A stretch of DNA of 64,000 bases from Burkholderiales bacterium (GTDB lineage Bacteria > Pseudomonadota > Gammaproteobacteria > Burkholderiales > SG8-41): contig JBFWOE010000002.1 of the NCBI GenBank assembly GCA_050250695.1, positions 2,579 to 66,578 of the forward strand, given 5' to 3'. Each line of letters opens with the position of its first letter. The first letter of the stretch is position 1. The notes beneath the pieces are model-generated. The model was given only the letters and a program-made list of their open reading frames with translations, did not search any database and was not told the origin of the DNA. The translations under genes were made by a program, and so were the position numbers. Positions 51,522-60,073 of this stretch are shown here, piece by piece.

Positions 51522-52508
51522 TTACGCCGGATTCATCGGCACCAGTCCGAGACGCGAAAACAGGGCGCGGTCGTTTTCGACGTCGGGATTGCCGGTGGTC
51601 AGCAGCTTCTCACCGTAGAAAATCGAGTTTGCGCCGGCCAGGAAACACAGCGCCTGCACTGCATCCCCCATCTCCTGCCGGCCGGCCGAAAGGCGCACCA
51701 TGGCCTTCGGCATGGTGATGCGCGCGCAGGCGATCGTGCGCACGAATTCCAGCGGATCGAGCGTCTCGGTGCCGTGCAGCGGGGTGCCCGGAACCTGCAC
51801 CAGGTTGTTGATCGGCACCGACTCCGGATAGGGATCCATGTTGGCAAGCTGCGTGATCAGCGCGGCACGGGCGGCACGTGTCTCGCCCATGCCTACGATG
51901 CCGCCGCAGCACACATGCAGTCCGGCGTCGCGCACCTGCTCCAGCGTGTCGATGCGATCGTCGTAATCCCGGGTGGTGATCACGTTGTTGTAGTTGTCAG
52001 CGGCGGTATCGATATTGTGGTTGTAATAGTCCAGGCCGGCCTCGCGCAGCTGGTCCGCCTGCCCGGGTTTCAGCATGCCCAGCGTGGCGCAGGTTTCCAT
52101 GCCCAGCCCGCGCACGGCCTTGACCATGGCGATGACCTTGTCGAGGTCGCGCTGTTTGGGACCGCGCCAAGCTGCACCCATGCAGAAACGGGTGGCGCCA
52201 TGTTCGCGCGCCGCGCGCGCCGCGGTAACCACTTCTTCAACCGACAGCATGTCCTGATTGTCGACGCCGGTCTGGTAACGCGCCGCCTGCGGGCAGTAAC
52301 CGCAGTCTTCCGGACAGCCCCCGGTCTTGATCGAGAGCAGGGTCGACAACTGCACGGCGTTCGGATCGAAGTTCTCGCGATGCACTTTCTGCGCACGGAA
52401 CAACAGGTCGTTGAACGGCAGCGCAAACAGGGCTTCGACGTCGTTGACCGTCCAGCGCGGCATGTCGGCGGTCTGGGCGGCCCGGGCGTTGAATGTCAAG
52501 GTATCCAT
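51522..52508 (-). CDS. bioB: biotin synthase (radical SAM)
   Basis: [16 protein letters not shown] cluster motif and YNHNIDT, 328 aa. Confidence 0.95.
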   Translation of the reverse strand: MDTLTFNARAAQTADMPRWTVNDVEALFALPFNDLLFRAQKVHRENFDPNAVQLSTLLSIKTGGCPEDCGYCPQAARYQTGVDNQDMLSVEEVVTAARAAREHGATRFCMGAAWRGPKQRDLDKVIAMVKAVRGLGMETCATLGMLKPGQADQLREAGLDYYNHNIDTAADNYNNVITTRDYDDRIDTLEQVRDAGLHVCCGGIVGMGETRAARAALITQLANMDPYPESVPINNLVQVPGTPLHGTETLDPLEFVRTIACARITMPKAMVRLSAGRQEMGDAVQALCFLAGANSIFYGEKLLTTGNPDVENDRALFSRLGLVPMNPA

Positions 52509-52569
52509 TTTTAAAAAACCTTTAAAAACAAATATTTATATACGATCATCGTCGCAGAATCACATACAT

Positions 52570-52601
52570 TTGTCAAATTTCGAAACCAGCTTCTTTGACA
52601 G
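52570..52601. promoter_or_regulatory. inverted repeat, candidate BirA-type bio operator in the bioB-comF divergent region
   Basis: TTGTCAAA-N16-TTTGACAg (7/8 complementary), 62-93 nt upstream of the bioB ATG within an AT-rich promoter region. Its dimensions resemble E. coli bioO (TTGTAAACC-N16-GGTTTACAA). Confidence 0.3.
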
Positions 52602-52620
52602 GTTCCGGCCACTGCGGGAG

Positions 52621-53307
52621 TTGTGGAACCGGGCAAACCTGCGCTGCCTGCTGTGCGACGCGCGGGCTCCCTGCGTCCTTTGCGAGCATTGCCGGGCCGA
52701 CCTGCCGTGGCTGGATGGCACTTCATGCAGCATCTGCGCTCATCCACTGCCGGTACCCGGCACCTGCGGCCGCTGCATTGCCGGAATGCCCCATTACGAC
52801 CGGGTGCTTGCGACCTGCCGCTACGCTTATCCTCTCGACAACATGATCCAGGCCTGCAAATACGGCGGGCGACTGAGCATGATCCGCGCCCTTGCCTCGC
52901 TGCTTCCGGATAAACCACAGCGCTTGCCCGACCTGATCGTGGCGATGCCGCTGTCGCCGCAACGCCTGCGCGAAAGAGGTTTCAATCAGGCCCTCGAACT
53001 GGCGCGTGACGTGGCGCGCAGGATGCGATTACCTGTCGATGCCGATGTCTGCGCCAAAATCCACGACACACCACCCCAGACCATGCTGCCATGGAAAGCG
53101 CGCCGCAGGAACGTGCGCGGCGCGTTCGTGGTACGCACGCGCCTCGACGGTCTGCACATTGCCGTGGTGGATGACGTGCTGACAACGGGCGCGACGCTAG
53201 ACGAACTCGCCCGCAGCCTGAAAAAATCCGGCGCGACCTCGGTCACTGGATGGATCGTTGCCCGCACCATAGCCGGCAGCGACACCCGCCGGCAACGGCC
53301 CTGGTGA
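52621..53307 (+). CDS. comF: ComF family protein (phosphoribosyltransferase-like)
   Basis: N-terminal double Cys pairs (CLLCDA..CVLCEHC, CSICAHP..CGRC) and the C-terminal PRTase motif VVDDVLTTGATLDE. The start is uncertain. TTG 52621 is the first plausible codon before the Zn-finger. No ATG or GTG occurs until far upstream, overlapping bioB. Confidence 0.7.
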   Translation: MWNRANLRCLLCDARAPCVLCEHCRADLPWLDGTSCSICAHPLPVPGTCGRCIAGMPHYDRVLATCRYAYPLDNMIQACKYGGRLSMIRALASLLPDKPQRLPDLIVAMPLSPQRLRERGFNQALELARDVARRMRLPVDADVCAKIHDTPPQTMLPWKARRRNVRGAFVVRTRLDGLHIAVVDDVLTTGATLDELARSLKKSGATSVTGWIVARTIAGSDTRRQRPW

Positions 53308-53391
53308 TCCGGGGCAGCGCTTGCATTGCTTATGTTTCCCGCAGGGCGCCGCCGCATAACGCGGGCTCAAGCGGTGTCTTCGACACACCGC

Positions 53392-54489
53392 TCAGCGCAA
53401 ACGCTGGTCGGCAAACGCCGACAGGTCTCCCGGCAGGTTTCCCGCGGCCTTGGCACGGCGGTAAGCCCCCTGCGCCTCGGCAACGCGGCCCAAGGCCTCC
53501 AGTGACAGGCCCATGCCCAGCAGCCAGATGCCCGAGTTGCCGCGCACGCGCAACGCGCGTTCGAACATTTCGACCGCCTCGGCGTGTTTCTGCTGGCGTT
53601 GCAGCAGGCCGGCATAAAATGCAGCGTATTCGGCATTGCCGGCGGCATGGTCGATGCTGCGCGACAGCGTCTGCACCGCCGCATCCAGATCGCCCTGCTC
53701 CACCTGCAACCGTGCCAACGCCATCGCAAAACCCGATTGCGCCGGGGCCAGTTGCAATCCTTCCTGCAACACCCGCGCAGTCTCGACCAGTTCACGGGCG
53801 TCGAGCAGCACACCAACCAACGCCTGCCTTGCGGAATGGTGCGCCGGCATGGTCTGCAGTGCCGCTTCGAACGCCGCGCGCGCCTCGCCGGGCCTGCCTT
53901 GATGAAGTGCCGAAACACCCCGCGCGTATTCTTCATCCGCGCGTTGCCGCGGTGTCAGCTCGCGGACCTGCTTGGAAATCTCAGGACGCGGTGTGGCAAT
54001 GGCTTTTGCCGCGGGAGCCGCGCTGTTTGCCGGAGCCGCTCGCGTAACCGGCAACGACGCCGCAACGGATGGCTTCTGGGCCGGCGCATCACGCCCGATC
54101 ACCGAGGCCGTGGCAAGGCCGCCGGCAGGTGCCGCGGCCTGCGATTCGGCAACCATGGTCTCCGGAACATGCGCCAGGTCGAAACTCATGCGCCGGGCGA
54201 TTTTTTCGACGGCATCCCGGTCAGGGGGCGTCGTCGCCACCGGCGGCGCTTTCAACACCGGTGCATGCGCAGGACGGGCAGCTGCAGTTTGCTGCCGGTT
54301 TACCCACCACCACCAGGCAGTCAGCAACGCGACAACCACCAACACTGCTGCCAGAACTAGCGGCACCGTGTTGCGCATCTCCGCCGGGGCATCCGGCAAG
54401 GCCCGCACGTGGTCCGGAATCCGCTTGCGCTCGGCGCCGGAGGCGCGGCGGCGCTCGAGATCCACCAGCATCTGATTGATGACGCTCAT
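53392..54489 (-). CDS. mshN: MSHA-type pilus biogenesis TPR protein MshN-like
   Basis: ATG 54489 overlaps the mshM stop (ATGA). N-terminus MSVINQMLVDLERRR is typical of MshN, followed by one TM helix and C-terminal TPR repeats. Confidence 0.7.
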   Translation of the reverse strand: MSVINQMLVDLERRRASGAERKRIPDHVRALPDAPAEMRNTVPLVLAAVLVVVALLTAWWWWVNRQQTAAARPAHAPVLKAPPVATTPPDRDAVEKIARRMSFDLAHVPETMVAESQAAAPAGGLATASVIGRDAPAQKPSVAASLPVTRAAPANSAAPAAKAIATPRPEISKQVRELTPRQRADEEYARGVSALHQGRPGEARAAFEAALQTMPAHHSARQALVGVLLDARELVETARVLQEGLQLAPAQSGFAMALARLQVEQGDLDAAVQTLSRSIDHAAGNAEYAAFYAGLLQRQQKHAEAVEMFERALRVRGNSGIWLLGMGLSLEALGRVAEAQGAYRRAKAAGNLPGDLSAFADQRLR

Positions 54490-55376
54490 GCGAACCAGGC
54501 CAGCGTCAGGCCGCCAGCAGCCACCATTGCCGCGAATCCCAGCCACCACCAACCCCGCCGGGAGGGCCGCGCCGCCGGCGTATCCGCCGCCGCATTCCGC
54601 ACATGACGCGGTGCCACCTGCTGCAGTCCTTCGCCGAATGCCAGCAGCAGCGCCTTGTGGGCGATGATATTGACCAGCCGCGGCACCCCGCGGCTGGTGC
54701 GGTGCAGCTGGCGCACGGCGGCGGGCAGAAACACGCGGTTGCCGTGATGACCGGCCACGCGGAGCCGGTGTGTCAGATAATTATCCACCTCCTCCCGCGT
54801 CAGCGCCGTCAACCGGTACTGGAAAGTGATGCGCTGGCGCAGCTGGCGCACGGCATCGTGCGACAGGCGCACATCGAGTTCGGGCTGGCCGAACAGCACG
54901 ACCTGCAGGAGTTTGCGTTTTTCGGTTTCCAGGTTGGTCAGCAAGCGCAGGGCCTCCAGGGTCTCCTGCGGCATCGCCTGGGCTTCGTCAAGGCAAACCA
55001 CAACGGTTTTGCCCTGGCGTGCGAAATTGAGCAATGACCGCGACAGCTCCTTCAGCAACTGGTGCTGGTCGGCATCGCGCGGCAGCGCTATGCCAAGTTC
55101 GTCCGCCAGCGCGAACATAAGGGTGCGAGGTTCGAGGTAGGGATTGGGAATGTATGCCGAAACAAAACGGGCATCCAGTGTGGCGAGGAAGCGGCGGCAC
55201 AGCAGCGTTTTTCCGGTGCCGACTTCACCGGTGACCTTCATGAAACCCTCGCCATTGCGCACGGCGACGAGCAGGGTATTCAGCGCTTCCTGGTGCGAAT
55301 TGCAGGCGTAGGCGAAGCTGGTGTCCGGGGTTATGCCGAACGGCGGTTCGCGCAGGCCGAAATGCGTTTCATACAT
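54486..55376 (-). CDS. mshM: ExeA/GspA-family AAA ATPase MshM
   Basis: MYETHFGLREPPF N-terminus, Walker A GEVGTGKT and Walker B VVCLDEAQ. Confidence 0.85.
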   Translation of the reverse strand: MYETHFGLREPPFGITPDTSFAYACNSHQEALNTLLVAVRNGEGFMKVTGEVGTGKTLLCRRFLATLDARFVSAYIPNPYLEPRTLMFALADELGIALPRDADQHQLLKELSRSLLNFARQGKTVVVCLDEAQAMPQETLEALRLLTNLETEKRKLLQVVLFGQPELDVRLSHDAVRQLRQRITFQYRLTALTREEVDNYLTHRLRVAGHHGNRVFLPAAVRQLHRTSRGVPRLVNIIAHKALLLAFGEGLQQVAPRHVRNAAADTPAARPSRRGWWWLGFAAMVAAGGLTLAWFA

Positions 55377-55388
55377 GGCGCCAGCGTA

Positions 55389-57152
55389 TCACCGTTGCGG
55401 CTCCGGCGTACCCATGGCGCGTATGCGGTCGCGGGTCTGGGCGAGGTCTTCCTGCCAGTTGCGATCGCTGTGAATGATGGTGGGCTTGAGCAGTATCACC
55501 AGTTCGCTCTTGGTACTGCTCCGGTCGCGCTGGCGGAACAGGTCGCCGACTCCCGGGGCGTCGCCAACACCCGGCACCTGGCTGCGGCTGTTCGAGGACT
55601 GCTGGCGCATCAGGCCGCCGATGGCGACAATGTTGCCGTCCTGCACCCGGACGATGGTATCGGTTTCGTTGACATCGCTTGAAGCCAGCGGCAGCGTAAA
55701 GGACCCCAGCGAACCGAGGTCGATCACCTTGCGCCGCTCGACCACGCTGCTCACCGACGGATGGATGTGCAGGATGATGTTGTTGTTGGCGTCGATCTGC
55801 GGTGTCACGTCAAGCGCGATGCCCGAGAAAAACGGCGCGACCGTGATCGTCGGCGTCACCGTGGTATTGGTGCCGCTGGTACTCGAGGTCGTGCTGACAT
55901 TGGTGACGAAAAAATCGTCGGTGCCGACCTTGAGCACGGCCTTCTGGTTGTTGATGGTCGCCACCCGCGGACTCGACAGCACGTTGACGCCGCCCTGCGT
56001 CTCCAGGAATGACAGCAGCGCCGCGAAATTCTTGGTCTGCAGCGCCAGTCCGAACAGCCCGCCCGCCGCGCCGGACCCCAGTGCCAGGGCACCCGTCACC
56101 ACGCCGGTGGAACCGCCCGCCAGCGCGGAACTGCTCAGCACGCTGCCGTCGGCCGCCCGCGCGGTCGGTGCGCCGATGGTGCCGGTACGGTCGAGCACCG
56201 CGCCAGGCGCCACCACGCCGGCACCGAAGCGGGTGCTGCCGTCGCGGAACCCCGCCCAGTTGATGCCCGCCTGATAACCGTCGCTCAGAGAAACCTCGAT
56301 GATCTTCGCTTCGAGCACGACCTGCCGCTCGACGATGACCTGCATCGCCTTCAGGAACTGTTCGACGCCGCGCAACTCGTTCGGCATGGCGCGCACCACC
56401 ACCACGCCCGACTGCGGATTGACCACCACGCTGCGCCCGGGCGCAGTCCCGAGTATGGCGTTCAGCGATTTCTGGATGTCACCCCAGAAATTCGAATCGG
56501 AACTGGTGGTCACCCGCGTGCTTTCAGACGCCCGCGTGCCGGTTCCGCCGGTCGGCCCCGTGGTCGGCACCGGGACCGCCCCCGGAGCCGGACTGCCGGG
56601 ACTGGAAGAACCATCGGCGATCGAACCCGAGCTGACGCGGGTCTGGGTCTGGCCGCGGCGCTGCGCCTGCAGGTAATTGACCTGGAAAATGCGGGTCTGC
56701 AGTGCCGCCGGCAGTACCGTGATGCGGTTGCCCTGCACCCCGTAGTCAAAACCGTAAAGATCGCGCAGGGTATCCAGCGCCTCGGTCACCGTCACGTCCT
56801 TCAGACTGACCGACAGCTCGCCCTTGACCTCCGGATGCAGCACCATGCTGTAACGCGTGCCCGAAACAATCGCCATGAACACCTGCGAAGCCGGCGCGTT
56901 GTTGACCGAAAGATCGAACCGCGTTTCCGGTTTCTGCGGATCGGCGCCGGGCATCTCCACGACCAGCGAAGGGAGCAGGGCACGGCTGACAGCCTCGGAA
57001 GTAACCGGCTTGCGGTCGCGCGCGGCCTGTTCGAGTTCGCTGTTGATCGCATCCAGCGCGGTGCTGCCGCTCCGGGGTGTTTCCGCACAACCCGCGATCA
57101 GGATCATCAACCCGATCGCGAGCCAATGTCGCATGTATTCCGTCATCGTCAT
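55389..57152 (-). CDS. mshL: pilus secretin MshL (type II/III secretion system secretin family lipoprotein)
   Basis: Lipobox LIAGC, N-domains and a C-terminal secretin core (VLSSPRVATINNQKAVLKVG...GGL....S......VPGVGD.PGVG.LF). Confidence 0.85.
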   Translation of the reverse strand: MTMTEYMRHWLAIGLMILIAGCAETPRSGSTALDAINSELEQAARDRKPVTSEAVSRALLPSLVVEMPGADPQKPETRFDLSVNNAPASQVFMAIVSGTRYSMVLHPEVKGELSVSLKDVTVTEALDTLRDLYGFDYGVQGNRITVLPAALQTRIFQVNYLQAQRRGQTQTRVSSGSIADGSSSPGSPAPGAVPVPTTGPTGGTGTRASESTRVTTSSDSNFWGDIQKSLNAILGTAPGRSVVVNPQSGVVVVRAMPNELRGVEQFLKAMQVIVERQVVLEAKIIEVSLSDGYQAGINWAGFRDGSTRFGAGVVAPGAVLDRTGTIGAPTARAADGSVLSSSALAGGSTGVVTGALALGSGAAGGLFGLALQTKNFAALLSFLETQGGVNVLSSPRVATINNQKAVLKVGTDDFFVTNVSTTSSTSGTNTTVTPTITVAPFFSGIALDVTPQIDANNNIILHIHPSVSSVVERRKVIDLGSLGSFTLPLASSDVNETDTIVRVQDGNIVAIGGLMRQQSSNSRSQVPGVGDAPGVGDLFRQRDRSSTKSELVILLKPTIIHSDRNWQEDLAQTRDRIRAMGTPEPQR

Positions 57153-57155
57153 GAT

Positions 57156-57518
57156 TTACCGTTTACCGGCGGTGCCGCCGCCGCCTGTTTTTTTTGTGCC
57201 TGCCGCGCGTTTGTCCACCAGAGGATACATGCGCAGCACCGTGATTTCCCTGCCATTTTTCAATACCGCTTCCGTTTCGGTCAGCTTCACCAGTCGCGAG
57301 GATCCGTAACGTCCACCCAGCGCAACCATTTCGCCACTGATCACCGCAACCTTGCGTCCCTGCGCCAGCATCACCGACTGCAGCACCGGGCCGCCGGCAT
57401 CCGCCGTCGCGGCAGCCGTTTCGGCCATGCCGACCGGCGGACGGGTGGGATCAGCCAGACCCTGCGCCGCTGCGGCAGGAACCAGCAGCAGCAGGAACCA
57501 TGCGCTAGACGCCCTCAT
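57156..57518 (-). CDS. mshK: MshK-like small periplasmic pilus biogenesis protein
   Basis: ATG 57518 overlaps the mshJ stop (ATGA). Signal peptide and LQSVMLAQGRKVAVISGEMVALG, typical of the MshK/PilP-like position before the secretin. Confidence 0.6.
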   Translation of the reverse strand: MRASSAWFLLLLVPAAAAQGLADPTRPPVGMAETAAATADAGGPVLQSVMLAQGRKVAVISGEMVALGGRYGSSRLVKLTETEAVLKNGREITVLRMYPLVDKRAAGTKKTGGGGTAGKR

Positions 57519-58210
57519 ACGATCAACCACGCCTTGTTCAGGCTCAGGGTATGCACCGTCAACGAAAGGCGCAACCGCGGATGGCGGTCGGCATTCAACA
57601 CCGCACTGCCCCAGAACAGTTGCCACGGCAGTTTCTCGAGTCTGGCAAGGTACCCGTGCAATTCCGCATAGGAACCTTCGATTTCGATCTCGAAACTGTG
57701 CTGGTAGATGCTGCGCTGGGCCTGCCCCGGCACCGGTGCCGGCTTGCCGCCGGGCTTGGCCGCCGACGCGGCAGCAGTCTGGAACTGCTGTACCGGCAAC
57801 TTGCGCAGGCTGACCAGCGCAAGGCCGCGTTCACGGGACAACACGCCCTCCAGCAATTGCGTGACCTGGTCCGGCGGCACCAGCTGTTTCTGCAGTCCCT
57901 GCAGCTTGGCATCGATCTCCGCGATCTGCTTGCGCAGTTCGTCGCGATAGCGTCGCTTGACCGCATCCGGATCGGTCTGGCCGCGCCCCGTGGCCATGAC
58001 CTGTTCGGCAGCCTTGATCTTGGTGCGCGTATCCGCCAGCTGGGCCGACAGGCGCTTGTGCTCGGCGGCGAGCGGAACGAGTGCAAAAGTGTCGAACAAC
58101 AGTACCACCGCCGCCACGGCGACAGCGGTCATCAGCGCGCGTTCGCGCAATGAACGGACGTTAAACTTCGTGCTCCACCGTTTCCATTGTTCCAGCAACT
58201 GCCGCATCAC
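57515..58210 (-). CDS. mshJ: MshJ (PilO-like) pilus biogenesis protein
   Basis: Single N-terminal TM helix, coiled coil and a PilO-like C-domain. Start GTG 58210 or ATG 58207, overlapping the upstream stop. Confidence 0.65.
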   Translation of the reverse strand: MMRQLLEQWKRWSTKFNVRSLRERALMTAVAVAAVVLLFDTFALVPLAAEHKRLSAQLADTRTKIKAAEQVMATGRGQTDPDAVKRRYRDELRKQIAEIDAKLQGLQKQLVPPDQVTQLLEGVLSRERGLALVSLRKLPVQQFQTAAASAAKPGGKPAPVPGQAQRSIYQHSFEIEIEGSYAELHGYLARLEKLPWQLFWGSAVLNADRHPRLRLSLTVHTLSLNKAWLIV

Positions 58211-58878
58211 CGCTTCTCCTTGCGCGGATCAGCCACGACCGGTTCGCCGGTGGCGAGAGCGAATTCGAGGAAACGCGGCAGGGCGGGCGCCGGTGCATCG
58301 GATTGGGCGCTTTTGGCAGCATCCGCTGCCGGCATCGGACGCCGCAGTTCCAGCGCCGAAAATTCCCGTCCTTTCAGCGCCGGCTCACCGTTCAGCTTCT
58401 GGATATATGCAGGCACCAGTTCCGGCCTCATCACCCGGCCCTTGATCGAGACGTCACCGCTGCCGGCCACCGTGAACCCGGTCAGCCAAAGGCCATCCAG
58501 CGACTGCCGCGAAAAAGCCTGCAGGTAACGCGCAAAACCTTCGCGATTGCCCAGTGCGCCGCCTTCGAGCACGTTCATGCTGTTGCGCGCGGATTTGAGT
58601 TCCTGCTCGAGTTGCTTCACCTCCGAATCCAGTGCGGTATTGCCCTGCTTCGCGGAATTTTCACCGAGCAGGCGGGCGGTATACACGCTTTGCGCCTTCA
58701 GCAGCATTTGCGCCGACGCCAGTTCCTCCTTCACGCCGTCGAGCATCTGTCTGTCGTACATCTGCAAACTGGCCATGATCGCCGCGGCAAATGCGGCAAA
58801 CAGCAACGCACGGTTCAGCGTTAAAAATATCCGCTGCCTGCGGAAAGCCGGCCCGAGCAGGTTGATGTACTGGCTCAT
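58207..58878 (-). CDS. PilN-like fimbrial assembly protein (corresponds to the C-terminal half of Vibrio MshI)
   Basis: ATG 58878 overlaps the mshI stop (ATGA). MSQYINLL...R N-terminus (PilN-type INLLP-like motif), one TM helix and a coiled coil. Confidence 0.6.
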   Translation of the reverse strand: MSQYINLLGPAFRRQRIFLTLNRALLFAAFAAAIMASLQMYDRQMLDGVKEELASAQMLLKAQSVYTARLLGENSAKQGNTALDSEVKQLEQELKSARNSMNVLEGGALGNREGFARYLQAFSRQSLDGLWLTGFTVAGSGDVSIKGRVMRPELVPAYIQKLNGEPALKGREFSALELRRPMPAADAAKSAQSDAPAPALPRFLEFALATGEPVVADPRKEKR

Positions 58879-59807
58879 CCTGTCACCGCCTCCGCGCGCA
58901 TGGCTGCGCCGATCAATTGCAGGCATTGCGACTGCCGCAGCGGATCCCGCAGTTCCGGCACCCCTGGAAAATCCATGATCCGCTCCAGGTCCAGGGCGAC
59001 CACCGGCAGCGTCAGGTTGGAATTGAGGTATTCCACCAGGCGGTCGCCGGACTGAACCTGTGATACCACTATGCGTTGCACGGCGATGTTGCGGTACTGC
59101 CTGTCGAAATGATCGAGGGAACGCTGCAGTTCCAGCGCGAGGCGGTCGAACAATTCATCAGTATTGGCTCCTGACTCGAAGTCGCGCAGAGACACATCGA
59201 TGCTGCGCGACTGGTAGAGCTCCCCACCGCTTGTGAAAGTCAGCAGGGCGCCATTGTTGTCTATGCACAGCAGCGCCAACCCCCGCCCTTCCTCCTCCAG
59301 CAGGGATGCCAGGTTGCGCTGCGCCAACTCCGGAACATCGATCACCGACAGTTCGACATCGGCGTCATTGAACGGCTGCACCATCGTGGCAATCAGATCA
59401 TTACGCGCCACCACCGCCAGCATCTGCGGCGCCCGGCCCGCGCCGTCTCCGCCCGGGACATGCACGGCATCAACCATTGCAGTTTCTACCGGGAAGTCGA
59501 CCATGTCCTTGATCGCCCAGCGCACCGCGGTCTTGGCCTCGGCTGCAGGCACATTGGGGGCATCAACGGTCAACAACTGGTAATCCCGTGGCTGCAGCAT
59601 GGTCATGCAGTGGTAGCGATCCAGGCCGAGTTCGCGCCGCAGCCGTTTGAGCGTGTCGCTGTCGCTGCCTTCCTTGCGAAACGATTCACAGAGCAGGATT
59701 TCGGGGCGAGGTTTGCCTGCAACCAGAACGTGCGAAAGATCGACACGGTCCTGACGAAAATTAAGACACAACCAGCCCGGGCGGCGCTTTTTACCGAACA
59801 GATTCAT
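58875..59807 (-). CDS. mshI: MshI (PilM-like, actin-fold) pilus biogenesis protein
   Basis: 310 aa. First gene after a 266-nt AT-rich intergenic region. Its architecture and position match the MshI N-terminal half. Confidence 0.65.
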   Translation of the reverse strand: MNLFGKKRRPGWLCLNFRQDRVDLSHVLVAGKPRPEILLCESFRKEGSDSDTLKRLRRELGLDRYHCMTMLQPRDYQLLTVDAPNVPAAEAKTAVRWAIKDMVDFPVETAMVDAVHVPGGDGAGRAPQMLAVVARNDLIATMVQPFNDADVELSVIDVPELAQRNLASLLEEEGRGLALLCIDNNGALLTFTSGGELYQSRSIDVSLRDFESGANTDELFDRLALELQRSLDHFDRQYRNIAVQRIVVSQVQSGDRLVEYLNSNLTLPVVALDLERIMDFPGVPELRDPLRQSQCLQLIGAAMRAEAVTG

Positions 59808-60073
59808 TTAACTCCGTGCTCGTTCGGGTCAAATTAACTGAAAGTAGCATATATTGTAATGTTGTCAATGAGTTATACCACATTTAGTTGCCGCCGCACC
59901 CGCTTGAATTCATAACACTTTGTTTTGGTTGACAATTTTCAGCTCCGCTTACCAGGCTGGCAGGCCGACGAATGTGCATTATGCATACGCATGGCACGCC
60001 ACCTGCAAGATTCGGGCGCACCCACAGCCGCGGCCGCGGCCATGCATGGCGGCGGAAAAAGCGGGATTCGGCA

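Noticed and set aside
50031-52514. 827-aa plus-strand ORF, the longest ORF in this region.
   Set aside because: It is antisense to bioF and bioB, whose products are unmistakable ([13 protein letters not shown]-lysine region). The plus-strand translation is Arg/Ala/Gly/Gln-rich low complexity with no recognisable motif. This is the typical stop-codon-poor antisense frame of a GC-rich genome.
59991-60006. Sigma-54-type promoter match TGGCAC-N5-CTGCA with correct GG-N10-GC spacing.
   Set aside because: It is on the plus strand, pointing into the 3' end of mshQ in antisense and away from mshI. A rough composition-based estimate suggests about one such match per window by chance. No equivalent motif exists on the minus strand.
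60020-60050. GC-rich palindromes (GCGGCCGCGGCC, CCATGCATGG) as an intrinsic terminator for mshQ.
   Set aside because: The arms pair imperfectly with essentially no loop, and no U-tract follows on the minus strand.
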